From positions 23,310,709 to 23,374,708 of the forward strand of contig OZ316894.1 of NCBI GenBank assembly GCA_973895155.1: a stretch of 64,000 bases of DNA. The letters run 5' to 3'. The number at the start of each line of letters is the position of its first letter. The first letter of the stretch is position 1. Of the stretch, positions 1 to 13,737 are shown one piece after another. Source of the stretch: Marsupella aquatica. Taxonomy: Eukaryota; Plantae; Marchantiophyta. The translations under genes were made by a program, and so were the position numbers. A model generated the notes under the pieces. The model saw only the letters and a program-made list of their open reading frames with translations. It searched no databases and was not told the origin of the DNA.

Positions 1-1437
1 ATATTAGATTTGTGCTGTTATCCTTGTCTTGCTTTAGTTCCATGTGAACCTCAATCCTGGCTATCACGTTTGGATCACACACATTTCCCAGCCTCTTCAT
101 TAATATGCCACTTGGTTTGGTATTTTTCTACTTGTTACAAAGATCAAAGATTTATGTGCTCTCTAGTGGGCCATTTCCCGGCCAATTTCTTGTGTGATCT
201 GTTGTTTCCTTGTAAAGATGAGAAAATCAGAAAGTTCACGAGGATACTGGTGAGGGTAGATTTCACAAAAAAAAACTCAATTCTTACATTGGTAATTATT
301 TTCAAGGCTTTGTGCTGATATGTGTCCCTCCATATGTGGCATTCATGTGGACTAGAAAGGAAAATTTTAATTTGGAAAAAGATTACATCTTCAAGCATAC
401 AAGTAAATGGATCAAAGTGTTGATAGTATTCAAGAAGGATCAGCCAGCCAGCCATTAGTCATGATCATATTAAAAGAATCCTACGAGCTTGGGAGGAACA
501 TGTTCATAGGCATTGACTTTTACTCTTGCAGTTATGTGGGTTTTACTTACATCACTTGGAAAATCCAACTGTCAGTTGCAGTTCTCATATAAGCTAAAAC
601 CACTCACTGAGCGTGTTTTCAAGCAAATTCAAACTTCATAGTCTTCCCCTGATCATTTTGCCTAAGCGTGTGGGTGATGTGATGATTATTGAACATATGT
701 CCTCGTTCTGTATTGTGGCCTCAAGATCAGCTTAACCTTGATTCTCATGCTCACTGCAGCTAAGTGAGAAGCTAATCTGCTTGCTACCTTTTGATCATCG
801 TGCCTTGCTTGTCATGAAAGCATTTAGCACCTGTAAAATTTTGGGGATATCTCTCTAGTAAACTATCTCTTTTGGTACAAAATTCACCTTGGCCGGGTTG
901 TGAGAGAGCATTCTAGATGACCTTTTGACATGTTCAAACAATTGAAGGCCCCCAAATTGAGAGAGGTCTGGACTGAAAATGATTGTTTAGAAGCATCTAC
1001 CCAGAGTCTAGCACCACTGCATTTGAGTGCAAAATTGTAACCGCTTGCCAAGAAGCTCTATCTCTTCAACAAGTTCAAATGACTGTCCACGACTACACGA
1101 ATGATTGAGAAGCCCAAGTAGAACTTGGGCAGATTATGCTGAGCTTCAACTACTATGCATAAATAAGAGCATTTTGTAAAATATCATTTCTTTATGATTA
1201 TGTTGCTAAGTCTTGCAAGTGTGACATGTTCCATCCAGAATAATTGAAACAGCAAGGTTTGGAGTGGAGACCAAAAGCATGGTGAATGCTTGCATCAATA
1301 GGACCAAAGTGTTGATAAGGGATGTGGAAGAAAAATATTTGAGTGATGCATGAGGAATCAGATTTTCCTGTGGCACTCAAAGGAGGCAGTTAGCTAGACC
1401 TGCAGTGGGCTGATTATTGTTGAGAAAGGACTATCAA

Positions 1438-4400
1438 ATGAGACAAGAAACAGCTAAGATGGTGGAACCGTGTAGCATGCCCAAGAGGTCTATATTGACA
1501 CGACCAACTAGAATACCTGACAAACATAAGAAATGTGTGTTACTTCCTAGTCTTCAAGATGAATTGGCTAAAGAAGTGCCTCTTTTGAAGAAGGAGCCAC
1601 AAATTGGCAAAAGACTTAACCCTTGGTCCAAGGATGGATTGGTGGCTCTCTACGAGGCAGGGTTGCATGTTGGAAAAGGGCAGAGTCTTCCTCCGCATGT
1701 TGTTCCATATAGATTTCTTGGTAAGCTTTCATATTCTGACTGAAAAACCAAGCACTTTCTAGTCATTGTGTGATGAGTGCAAGTGACCATCTAGAAAATC
1801 GCCCCTAAGTAAGCTCCTTATATATGTCCTACCTTGATACTCACATTTCCCCTTCTTGTTAAGATGCTACAAAGAAGTTTACTACTTTCCCGGCTACTTT
1901 CATGTTGGTTTTATTACATTAAGTACTGATACCAAAGGCCTTGAAGGGATTTCTTTATTTTATACCACTGACCAACATCCTAGTTACATCCCCAAAAATG
2001 GGGAAATCCAATTTTTTAATTTAATGTGAAGAAACCTAGAGGGAGACTGATAGCCCTTGTGAGCAGCTATGCAATATTTGAAGCTGGGATCAGATAGTAC
2101 TAAATATATTAAAGAAAACTCATAAAGTTCTTGTGTAGTCTTGTTTTATATACTCATGGTATGTCAAGTTATTTGTACAAGCATGCTCAAGCCCACATTG
2201 GAAGGGCTACCACTTGTCACATGAAGACATTTCTTAGAGCTGAAATTCGTAAATCTTGTAATGGAATCAACCAGGAACCCCTGATCTCAAACGAGATGAT
2301 TCACTCTTACCAAAAGCATTCCAATTTGCTCAACGCATGAAATTCCAGCATACAGATGACCTTGTCAATACAGTTCAACGAGTCGAAGGAGAGCCTATGG
2401 TACTACCGTTGACATTAAAAGAAGCATGCTGGAACGGTGAACGTTGGCAAGGAACATCTCAAACAGCAAGTGAAGCAAAGAGGAGCAATGGATTCAATGC
2501 CCTTTACTCCGAAGTTGTCAAATCACAAAAACGTGTTATATTGTGCAAGTAAGCTTGAGAAAAGGGCAAACATGGTTTCTAGACAAATACCAGACAGTAA
2601 AACAATAGATTTGAAATTGCCTAGTTTTGTAAAGTACAAAGCACAATGCTCCCTCTTTATAGTATATGCACATGTGTAGCCTTTTAGTGGGAGTTTTTGC
2701 AAATTCATGAGGAATGTGAGAATTAATATCTCATAATCACTTTTCTCAAACTTTTGAACTCCAATAAGTAACTTAGTTTTCTGTAAGCCTGGCTAAAACT
2801 GCTATTTTATGAGCTTCTTCAAGGTTGATCACACTAGTATTTGAAACAAAAGAATAGACTTGTCCAGGCCCATCAATACTCTTTAAATCATACTTGGTGG
2901 ACCTCTTGTTTCAAGCATTGAAAGCAACATACATTGTTGAAACAATTTGGGCCTAACAGTACTTACTGTAGTTGTGATTCTGTGGGACGGATAAATGTTT
3001 GGTAACACATGCATATTCTATTGAACTCTATTTGTCAATTTCAATGTGATCTTAATGCCCACATTTTAAATCTAAACCACAATAGGACAGGGCAGTATTT
3101 TCTAGCAGAGGAGTTTGCCCCAAATGATGATGATGATGAAGACGGGGCACCAGAATCAAGAAGATCAAGCCTTATATCCGAAATTCCGCAAAGACAACAT
3201 AAACGGCGTCCATCAATGGCGAGACCTTTTATTCCTCCCCTACGTTTGAAAAAACTCCAACCATTTGAGGAAGCTGAAGCTCTTGGACACAATGAGGAAA
3301 TACTTTCTACTTACAGAGAAGAATCCCAACGATATGAAACAGCCAGGTCCATAGGCTTTCTTCCCTTCCTTCATAATCATTGCTTTATTATCTAGTGGCC
3401 AATCTATATGATATTGATAATTTGCCATCAAATTAAGTTTACTATTCATGAACTATTGTGTAGAGTGAAGCTAGCCACAGGCCATAATTAATTTATATCA
3501 ATGTTATATTTTTATATTTAGACTATGCTTGTGAGTAGGGAACGTCATGAGGAGCCCTTCCTGTGCATGCGCATGGGTATTCAGGCTAGTTCTAAGCACT
3601 CTTCTACTTTCTATTTTTTTTATTCCACAATTGAAATTTTTTGTGGCACAAACCAAGTCATAACTGCTGAAGAGATCTTCAGCTAAACTTTGAACTTAGA
3701 AGGGATCCCAAAATGCTCTTTGTACATATAAATGTTCAACTTTTTTACTCTAAACCCACATCATCCTGTTAGAATGCATGTTTCTCCACAGATCACATGC
3801 AAACTTAGAAATCCTATTTGAGTAAAAAGTTAGCTATGGGAATCTCATTGGAGCTGTAAGCTCAACAATAAGCAGTCCTCTACTTGATTCTTAGACCAAC
3901 TGTACAATTGCTCACTTTTCCATCACTACAAAACCTGATTGTGGAAAATATGCCAATCAAACAACACTCTTTCACGTACAGTCACTTTTTTACTTCTATT
4001 TCCCACAGTCAGAGATAATGTGAATTACCCTCTGAAAAACCAACTTGCCTATAAACGAATTTGTTAATTTTGGGGATCTAGATGTACTCAAAACATCATC
4101 CATTGGAAACACCCACAAATAGTCCCATATTGTTTAATTTAACACATCTTTGATAGTCTATTCAAGAGTTATTTCTTGAGATCAAATATTTATTTCATTG
4201 GAGAGAAACTTGGACCCGCTCAACAATCTGCAAAATTCCAATCATGTACCATTTAGGAGCAATGGAGGAGAGTAAGGATTGATAGCCTCTTGGTTGATAG
4301 TTTCCAAATCAGATACTAGCATGAGCTCATTTCCTTGGTTGAGGAGTACTTTCATATGTGAAAAAATCAAGCATTCTTTAGTAGTTGGTAGATTTTTAGC

Positions 4401-6996
4401 ATATTAAACATATCCTATTCAAAAGTGTCATCGTGGTATATGAATAATGATCATGTTAGTAACACAAGCTACAAGAACAAGAGCTCATAAAACATGTTCT
4501 AATACTAAAGTTATAGGCATTTAATTATTTTTTCCATTGTGGGATGTAGGCTTGTACCTGAATCAGAAAGAACAAGTCAGGACAAGAAAGTTTTGTTGAG
4601 TGGACGCACTGTAAGTGGTTTGCCATTAAGAGCTTGTGGAAAGATTAGTTTGAGGCAACTTGGAAATATCTTGAAAACAAGTATGGACTTCCATTCCATG
4701 CAGAATAAGTTCAATGTGAAACTTATACAAAACTTGAGGAGTATTCAAACAACAAGGCCCTATCACTTTGCTCGTGAGTTTGGCATGCAGGTTTCTAGCT
4801 GATCCCTTCCATACTTGGCATTGTCTTGAACAATAGCCCTTGACTACCACTTTTTGTTTAATGTCTAGTACTTCAAGAATTTATCAATAACAACAACAAT
4901 TGTCCCAATTTAAGTTTCTTGTGAGTACAATGTAGGAAGATGAAGTTCGAGAGCCATCTCTAAATTATAATTGGTCTTGCTTTAATTCAAGTTGGAATAC
5001 AAAGTCAACTTATTAATTTCCTTCCTAGACTGATGAGGTATTTGAAATAATGTGCTGGCCGATGTCCTCATGTAGGTAATTAGTCTACATTGATTTTAGC
5101 ATTTAGATTCTGCACTATTCAGTACCGTACCTCACACAATCACTATCGTAATTTCCACCAGCATCGAGGAGATTGGGATCCCAGCAAAACACCAAGACGA
5201 GCTGAAACATTTAGAAAACATTTGTTGACATGTAAATGGTATGAAGAACTTTTTGATATGGTTTACAACTTATCCAGGCGTCCAACTAAATCAGAAGTTT
5301 TTATTGTTGAAGACATTCGTCGTGTGCTTGATGTAAGAAAATTATTACTCGGACTTATCATGCAAAGGAGCCTAGTTAAGTAAGCATTTTAGGGAACTTC
5401 TTAACATGATGTCAAGAAATTGTAAGCTATTACTAACAAGTTGGTGCAGAGTGAATTCTAGTTATGATTGATCTAATTTCTATGTATATTTGCAAGTAGC
5501 AATATCATGAAACTAACTAGTACTTGGGATTTACTAGATTGCCACTCTATTGTGTCATAATACATAGCTTGCCACTGCCAGTTTTCTATTTATCACAATG
5601 CCAGTCTTTTCATTTGTGGGTTAAGAAAATTAATCGGTGTTAGCTCCTTCACATCCAATGGTTGTCATCGCACCCGTGTTGCGATTGTACAGCTCCAGTT
5701 TCCCTCAAGGTGACTTTGACCACCGTCAATTGGGTGAGTTGACCAAGAAGTAGGTCATCTGTCCTTGCATGTTTTAGACCTCTAGTCCTCCTTCATGCTA
5801 CTTTTGTCCCTGCGCACTGCCTCTCTTGGGTTACAGCCTTCTCTGGGGCAGGCCTCTCCTTGTGCATAGACGCAAAGACAGTGTGTAGGAAGAGCCCTAC
5901 CCTGGGAGAGCCGTGCTGATGGTGGTCAAAGTCTTGAGGGAATTGGAGGCACACGATCACAACACTAGGTGGATGACAACCATTGGATGTGAAGGAGCTA
6001 ACCCGGGTTATTTTTCTTATTTACCCTAAACTGAAAAGAGTGGCATTGGGATAATAGAAGGAAAACAGTGGCATGGTAAGTATTGTGCCACCAAAGAGTG
6101 ACAATCTAGTAAATCCCAGAACTTACTATAGGACAAAATAAATTTTGGTGGGTTATGTGAGTTTCATTACTGAATGTTTGGGGACATTTCTTGTAACCAA
6201 TACATATAATATGTTTCCTGTTTTGTGGAGTAAGATAGCTACTGGAAAATAGCAATCTTGCAGTAGGTGGTAACAACTGGAATTTTGCACCAAAGCTCCC
6301 ACCCCTCCTTTTGGTGGGCCATATACGACAGTCTAGTTTCATTACTATTAGTAAGTGCAACAGGTCTACAAGCAATGAAACAATTTAAAATTTATTTGGA
6401 AGATCATTTTTCTAGGATACCCTGGGCGAAGGCTGTAGCCAGACATTGAAGTCTGCTCTTTTGTTCATAGAGTTACTAACAATCATAGAGTTACATGCTC
6501 GCCGAAGTAATGATTTGTTTAAAACTAGTTTATAATGTGTTTGCAGGAAGGTGGGACATATAGCAAACAAAGTTTCACAAACACATTTCTTACTCTCCGT
6601 CAGACAGACATGGACCTTGAGAACATTTATGTGCAAAAGGCCCTCATACATGTTCAAAATGCTATAAAGGTCTCAGACCTTGAGCTTTTAACAGATTTAA
6701 TGTTCAATCGAGCCAAAATTCCTTCATGGCTTGAATCTAAAACAGCCATTGTGAAGCAAGCCATGCGTGAGTTGTCTCCCAACTTATTTCCTATGAACAA
6801 ATGGGCAGATGGCGAGAACAGGAAAACCACTCCAGTGACTAAGCTGAGAAAGCTGTATTGGATGAAAGATAAGTTTGCAGCATTGAGACAACGTCGTGAA
6901 TCTAAAGAGGCACAAGAAGAGTCATTTCATAATATCAAGATGAGGAGTAGAGAGTCTATATCCAGTTTAAAGGGAAGAAACACGGCAAGGTTTTGA
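1438..6996 (+). CDS. Multi-exon gene encoding an uncharacterised ~572-aa protein (600 aa if the optional 84-nt exon is used)
   Basis: Exons 1438-1720, 2275-2548, 3086-3346, 4550-4790, 5123-5332, (6267-6350 optional) and 6547-6996. All introns are GT-AG and phases match (1,2,2,0,0), giving one open frame ending in TGA at 6994-6996. The first in-frame ATG follows a TGA at 1411. No family recognised, and an upstream exon cannot be excluded. Confidence 0.75.
5526..6117. mobile_element. Foldback MITE (MULE-like) with ~200-bp inverted arms, in an intron of the unknown gene
   Basis: Starts GGGATTTACTAGATTGCCACT and ends AGTGACAATCTAGTAAATCCC. The inner arm ttagctccttcacatccaatggttgtcatc is mirrored by gatgacaaccattggatgtgaaggagctaa. 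Flanks agtactt/agaactt may be a degenerate TSD. No coding capacity. Confidence 0.8.
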
Positions 6997-7349
6997 AAGT
7001 GTAGAGAATCTCACAAGATTTTGAAGCATAATTTCTTTATGCGTCAAAAAAGATTTTGCGTAATGTTATTAAATTTTGTGTGGAATAGCAAATCTTCTAC
7101 AGTAGGTTGGGAGAAATTTTGTGAAAATTCACAAATTTACTAAAGTATGTCAAGGACTTGATACAGAAGTTTTTTGAATGATTTGGTCAACCCCATCCAA
7201 ATTATTGGCGTGTATGGATGAATTTGGTTAATAGGAGTATTTTACATCTTGGCATTTATTAGACCTTGTGCATTTCTAAAATTTATTTGAAGAATGCAAA
7301 TTTCCAGATATATTGCCTTTCTTAGAAATCTTTTTCTATCTCTTATACT

Positions 7350-7880
7350 GGGATTTGCTAGCTTGCCACACTTTTTCGGCATTAACATACCTTGCCACTA
7401 ATTTTTGTCTATTTATCACTATGTCACTCTTTTTGTTTGTGGGTTCAGAAAACTAACCCAGGTTAGCTCCTTCATGGGCTCCTTCACATCCAATGGTTGT
7501 CATCACACCCATTTTCACAATCAGATGGCCTGGCTCTCCCCTCAATGTGACTTTGGCCATCCTGAGGAGTACTGGGGAGAAGGCTAAGCACAGGTACAGG
7601 CTGGCATTAGATAGAGACCATGCGTAGGATGGGGGGATAAAATCACCAGACCCACCCCCTGGTCAGCTAGCCCAATGGAGTAAGTTCAAGGCCATCTTGA
7701 GGGAGACCCGGGCCATTTGATTAGGAAATTGGATGTGATGATAGGCATTGGACATGAAGGAGTTAACCTAGGTTAGTTTTCTTAACCCACAAACAAAAAA
7801 AGCTAGCTGTGATATATAGAAAACAATTCAGTGGCAAAGTAAATATTATACCAAAAAAAAGTGGCAACCTAGTAAATCCC
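7350..7880. mobile_element. Second copy of the same foldback MITE family
   Basis: Starts GGGATTTGCTAGCTTGCCAC and ends GTGGCAACCTAGTAAATCCC. It shares the inner arm gctccttcacatccaatggttgtcatc with 5526-6117 but has a different central loop. Confidence 0.75.
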
Positions 7881-10407
7881 AAATATCTTATACCATGAAC
7901 ATCAATGTAATACATAAGAAACAAATTGACCAGACAATACACAAGCTGTGGTGAACCTTGTTTGTGATTTCAATCAAGACCTACATATTTTCTATGTGCC
8001 TTTACATTCAAATTTGTAGGCATGTATGGTGTGCCTCAATCCCATCCAATAGAAGCCCATAAATTCTGAAGGAGGCCATCACCAATGCCACATCCTCACC
8101 TACTTTGTTTTCTTGAATGAGAATATGTTGTTGTTTCTACCATATTTGCTGGATGCAAGTGCATTGTACAATTCTTTTTTAAAATTCTTTTTTAAATGTG
8201 TTTTTTTAGTGCATTGTACAATTCTCTTGATAGTAAATGATGTTGAGTGTAGAGCATAACTCATAAGTGAGTTGCTCAGGCAGTTGGATGTGCTGGGAGT
8301 TGGCAAGTGGACCTTGCAACTGAGCTTCAAAGAATGTGCAAATTGTGGGAAGAATGACACATCAAAAGCAAAAATATGACACATCAAAAGCAAAAAATGT
8401 ACATAGTGGCACTTCTAGGCCCATCTGATGGTTAAGAAAAAATGCCACCATAATAGAAAACTAAGTAGGGAGTCAACCACCACAATGACATGTCATACAC
8501 ATATAATGAGAAAGAAACAGCCAAATTGCATATTTTAATGTTTGTCAATAAAGAAGTAATCCAAATTCAAGCCCAAACACTCTTTGGGTATTGTAGTGCA
8601 GGGTGCTTGTTGGCTGTCATTCAACATCCATCTGGTTCATGTTCCTCAATTTGTGTAACAGCCAGTATAAAAACTGTTCTCAAAGATAAGAGATTTCCTT
8701 CATTATCCAATAACTTTTTACATGATGTGCAACATCTAAATCTCTATTGAACACTAAAGATTATTCTCCCTCACAATGTACTTGTAGACATCCCCTAGCA
8801 TTGGCCAAAACATGTGTACCCATCCTATTTTAACAGAAACCATACTTTATAGGATAATTATAAAGGTTTTCAGGCGATAGTCTGTGGAATTTGATTTCCT
8901 CCCCATTTCCCTTACTGTCCGCATATTATTTCCAATTTACTGTTTTCTAAACCCCAATTTTGTGGAAGTAATTGTTTTGGGGGCCAAGCTGATTATGATT
9001 ACTAGCCTGATTATCTGTTCCTTGAAAGTAAATAAAGATGAGGAGAGGAGGGAAATACTTTGCAGAAGAAAAGATTCCCCCTTATTTCCTGTTCACTTTT
9101 GCTCTTCTCCTTTTTTTGGCCCCTTCATTTAGAATTACAGTCGAGTCTTCACTTTAATTATGAGGCCAAGAAAATAGTTTTTCATGGATCCTCATTTAGA
9201 GTTAAGGTCTAGAGACTTCACTTTAGCTACTTAGGAGGCCAAAAAAAAAAAACCTTTCCATAAGGCTTTATTAGTTAGAGGGCGACCTTAGTTACATTTG
9301 GGGTCCCATCAAGCTAATCCCTCCATAATTTTTAGGTCCACCATTTTACTAAACCCGAAATTTTATGAAAGTAATTTTCTGGGGGAGAAGTTAATTAGAA
9401 TAATGGTAACTTGCTCGGATACTTGGTACAGGGTACGTGAGCTCAATCAAGTAATCTTGTAAATTCGTCAGTTGGGCCTTTTGGGTAAACCTGTCCAATA
9501 CCAGTCTTCACTTGGCAGTGTCAATTGGTATCTTTCAACTACCCCTCTGCCTCTGCTTTCTTTTGGTGGTCCTTTCTTTACCGTATCAGCAATTGGCGGT
9601 GCTTTATTACAAGGTCCTTCGTGCCGTAGCATATGTGCATTACCAATTACCAATTTGCGGTGCTCCACCTCGTACTGGCATCGACTGCAAGACAACAACT
9701 TATTATTATGACTGCTCTGCCTTTAGGGATTCTGCATGAATGATGATGATACGGCGGCCAACATCTCTCGTGCCGGGGTTAAGGCCCTCGATCGAGGAAG
9801 TGCTGTGTGGGGCCTGGTGGGCGTTTGTTGGCTTGTGATCGAGAGACTTCTGTAGAGCTGCTTTTCATGGTGTGGAGAGACAGAGCGAGAGAGAGAGAGA
9901 CTCGTGAGACTGTAGTAAGTGAAGTAGCTCACACACTGTGAGTGAGTGGAGTAGACACTAGAGACTAGAGAGGTGAGTTTCCAAATTAGGACGTGACCTA
10001 CAGAATCTTAACGACATTGTTGTCGGGTCGGGAGCTGCCTAGATCATTGATTCTACTGTAGCAAAACCAGCCCAGATCTTGCATGCATGGCCGTGGGAAG
10101 TTCCACACATTCCGCTACTGCGCTCTCGAGTCTCGAGTCTCGCCTACAACTCCTTCCACTGTAGCTGGGTGGAAGTCCCACACACACTTTTCTGCTCTTA
10201 CATCACAATCATCAGCCTGCTTCCTCTGCTGGAGTTTCTCCGACAGCTTGTTCTGGGTAGAAAGCTCCATACAGATTCCGTTTTGCCCGGGAGTTTCTCT
10301 TTAACGGCTTCTTGTAAGTGGAAGCTCCGAACATTCTGCTCCCAGGCTGCAGTTCCTCTTACAGTTCTTTCGAGGTGAAAGTTCCACACACTTTTACGAG
10401 GGGAGTG

Positions 10408-10740
10408 TGTACTAGAGGGCTCGTTTTCGTGGAAGTTCCCGACATCTTGCTTCCATCAGCAGTTTTTCTTTCTGGGCTATAAGGGTTTGGACCTGGAGCT
10501 CCCAGTAGCTGTTGCATTGGTCTGCAGTGATTGTATTTGGCTGCAGTTCCAGCTCCTTGAGGGAAAAGTTCCACTCATTCTAGTTTTGTGGAGAGTTTCT
10601 ACTAGAGCTTCGTCGTTGTGGAACATCCCCACATCCTGCTTTCATCAGCAGTTTCTCTTTCTGGCTAAGGGGTCTGGACCTGGAGCTACCAAGCAGAGGT
10701 TATATTGGTCTGCATTGATTGTACTTGGCTTTGATTGGTG
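10408..10740 (+). repeat. Degenerate ~190-bp tandem duplication in the LEA_2 leader, carrying a reiterated GTGGAAGTTCC motif
   Basis: tactagag...gtggaagttcccgacatcttgcttccatcagcagttt...tggacctggagct at ~10410-10500 recurs at ~10600-10690. Confidence 0.7.
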
Positions 10741-10799
10741 TCTCCAGAAGGATTGTGCTACCGGGCGTTTCCTCTCAGGAATTCGTACCAGAAAGAGAG

Positions 10800-11495
10800 A
10801 TGGGAGGGGAGACGAAAGTTTTCCTCGATGATCCGCAGCTGAACAGTACAAATGCGAAGGTCGCCAGAGCACCTTCTTCGTTGACGTCCGAGGATGCAGA
10901 GGTGAAGGTGCCGAAGCGGTTCTATCGACGGAAGTCGTGCCAAATCTGCTGTGCGACGACCACTGCTGTGTTGCTCGTCTTCCTGATCATCCTTCTCGTG
11001 CTGAGCTTTACTGTGTTCAAGGCCAAAGACCCGGTCATCAAGGTGACAGGAATGACACTCCAGAGCTTCTCCGTCAACGTGGATCCCAGCCTCACTAGCT
11101 TGAAGCTGGACGTGGCCCTGCATTTGAACGTGTCTGTGCATAATCCCAATGTGGCCAGTTTTAAGTACAGGAACAGCAGCACGTTTCTCTACTACCGTGG
11201 CAGGGAGGTGGGTCGTGCTGCTATACCACCAGGAAAGGTTGGCGCGAAAAAGACCGAGCAATTTGAGACCGATCTGGACATCCGAGCGTTGCAGTTTTTG
11301 GTGGATGCGAATCTGACCTCGGATTTGCAGGCGGGAGTGATTCCTGTCAATACGTACTCCTCCATCCGTGGCACCTTGAATGTGATCAATGTCTTCAAGC
11401 ACCATGCTATCTCCACGAGTGATTGCTCGGCCAACATTCTGATTACCAATACTACTCTTGAAGACTTCAAGTGTGTGTATACTATCAAGCTTTGA
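10800..11495 (+). CDS. LEA_2-domain / NDR1-HIN1-like (NHL) single-pass membrane protein, 231 aa, intronless
   Basis: ATG at 10800 (MGGETKVF...). A basic/Cys-rich segment RRKSCQICC precedes the TM helix AVLLVFLIILLVLSFTVFK. The LEA_2 hallmark is VSVHNPNVASFKYRNSSTFLYYRGREVG, and the C-terminus has a Cys pair. Confidence 0.9.
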   Translation: MGGETKVFLDDPQLNSTNAKVARAPSSLTSEDAEVKVPKRFYRRKSCQICCATTTAVLLVFLIILLVLSFTVFKAKDPVIKVTGMTLQSFSVNVDPSLTSLKLDVALHLNVSVHNPNVASFKYRNSSTFLYYRGREVGRAAIPPGKVGAKKTEQFETDLDIRALQFLVDANLTSDLQAGVIPVNTYSSIRGTLNVINVFKHHAISTSDCSANILITNTTLEDFKCVYTIKL

Positions 11496-13737
11496 ACTCC
11501 GTTTTGTCGGATATACTACTCTACATTGCTTCAGGTTTTTGAAGGTCTTTGTTAACGTCTTTCCTTGAACTCGAGTTTTGGGACCACACAATACTATTGA
11601 CGATGTAAGGTGGTTTATCCAAGTCCTACATTCAGCTTGAGTCTTGGGGCCCCTTTGTTCTTGTCTACGGCCTCCAGGTTTCTAGTGTTTTTAAGCTCTG
11701 TATCAAAGTCCTGACTGGAGCTCGAGTTTTGCACGATACTACCGGTCATGACTGCACGTGGTTTCAGGTGTCTCTAAGCTTGTTACCAAGGTACTACCTG
11801 CGATTTGAAGGCCAGGGCTGTGTATATATTTGATGTTATCTGGTCAGAAAAGACCCGGAGGATACCTAAGCTGTTGCTACTCCCAGGATGAGCTTTGGAG
11901 GCTCTCCTCACGCTGCCCATTCGCCATCACGTTGTAGGTTCCCGTACTACAGCTGAGCTCTTGTCCTCCCTTAATCTTCGACGTTGTCTCCAGCTCGTTC
12001 CTATTCATTTCGCCGCCTACACTCGCTCGTTTTTGGCCAAACTATGGCAACCCACACAAGTTTCTTCCAATTCCTCCCCGAAGGTTTAATTCAGTGTAGT
12101 ACCCTGAACACTCTCTATTGGGCCTGTTTGAGCATTTGAAGATTCACTTGTCTGAGTATGTCTTCTCCAAACGCTGGTCTCTATCGTTCTTCTGGGTGGC
12201 GGTCATTACTGCCTGCCAAGAGGGTTGATCAGCTGCAGTGAACAAGAACATCCCATCGGCCGACCGTTGGGCGTTTCGATAGTGGTCGACATTACAGTGT
12301 TGTCGAAGCTTTGTGATCAAGCACTGGGCTGCTGCTGCATTTTCAACGTCCACTCTTTAGCAATACTCAGTTCTGCCCATTTCACCCGGCGAGGCCGAGC
12401 AGCAACATGACCGGTGGCGTTGCGTTTTTGCGGCATTCATCCGGCCCCACAAGATTGGGACAGGAGAACAATGACAGTATCACTATGGGCTACTTCGATC
12501 TTGTTCCAATTTATATTTGATTGAATCGTCGCTGCGACGAGATTGGAGTTTCTCTAGCGCTTTGGGTAATTGTTCACATGACGGGCAGGATAGTGAACTG
12601 CACGTTTGCATCATCAGCATCATCATCTGCAGCAGCCTACTTTTTCCCTATCTTTGTACAGTTTGATGTTCATGGTTATGATTCTCCTACCATGATCAAT
12701 GTGGATCAGCAGGTGCCGACATTTATCATGGGTACAGTAAGGTAGTTGTTTTATACGTTATTCGAGGGGTGGGACCGGAGGCCATAAAGGGGATTGCCAC
12801 GGTTCGGTTCTCTTCGGGAGTTTGGGAGGTGGTTTTGTTTTCTCCGGGGGCTGCCGGTATTTCTGCAGAAGGGTAGTAATCCATGATTATTATGTAGTAG
12901 AGACTAGGAAGGAATGGATGGAAAGTTTTAAATACATTTGCTCGAGATGAACCTCCACCGATGCTGTACGTTGCACCTGCAGGACACTTTGGTGGACCCT
13001 CATGATCTTCTAGTATAGAAAGGACCTTTAATGCTCCTTTTACTTACTGTAGTATGACTACCGTAGGCCAGTTAAGTGTCCAGTCCAGATATATGGTCAC
13101 GGCTTTAGCAACCAATTTTGCTCTATGAAATACTGAAATGAAACGACAGGTCGCATACATTACATCAAAGTAATGACCGAAATGTGGAAGTTGCAGTCTC
13201 GTTGTCATCCGATACATCTAAAACATTTCTCTACCCTTCAGGGGTTTGCCAGATGGGTTCAAGACTTCTGTTCATCAATGATGAGGGTTGGGTTCCTTGC
13301 CTTCTCCGATCCCTCGCCTCGAGATTGAATCTTGCCCCAAAACGACGCACAATTGGGGCTGTCGATAGTAGCGAATGGATCCCTTGCGACGCCCTCGATC
13401 GTTATCCAGTACTGTAATGTGACCAGGGCTTTCGCTTCTGCTATCTCGTTTGTTTCTCTGCAACTCGGAGGGTTTTGACATCTTTGTTTGCCTCGAGTGA
13501 TTACAAACAATTACATTCGCATAAGCAACGCAATAGCAGCCGAGTACGACACCCGATACATGTCTTTGCTTCGAGCATTTCCTGTACCATTTGTCTAGAC
13601 TGATCACATGTGAACGCAGGAACCTCAGGACAGCGCAGGTTTTGCAGTCATGGATTATAAAGCAGGCCAAGCTATGGTAAGGCTGGCAACTGGAGGCATG
13701 CATCAGCCATGTTGACTGCCACTGAGATAGAGCCAAA

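Noticed and set aside
10758-11591. 277-aa antisense ORF
   Set aside because: It is a shadow of the LEA_2 CDS on the opposite strand with no recognisable motifs.
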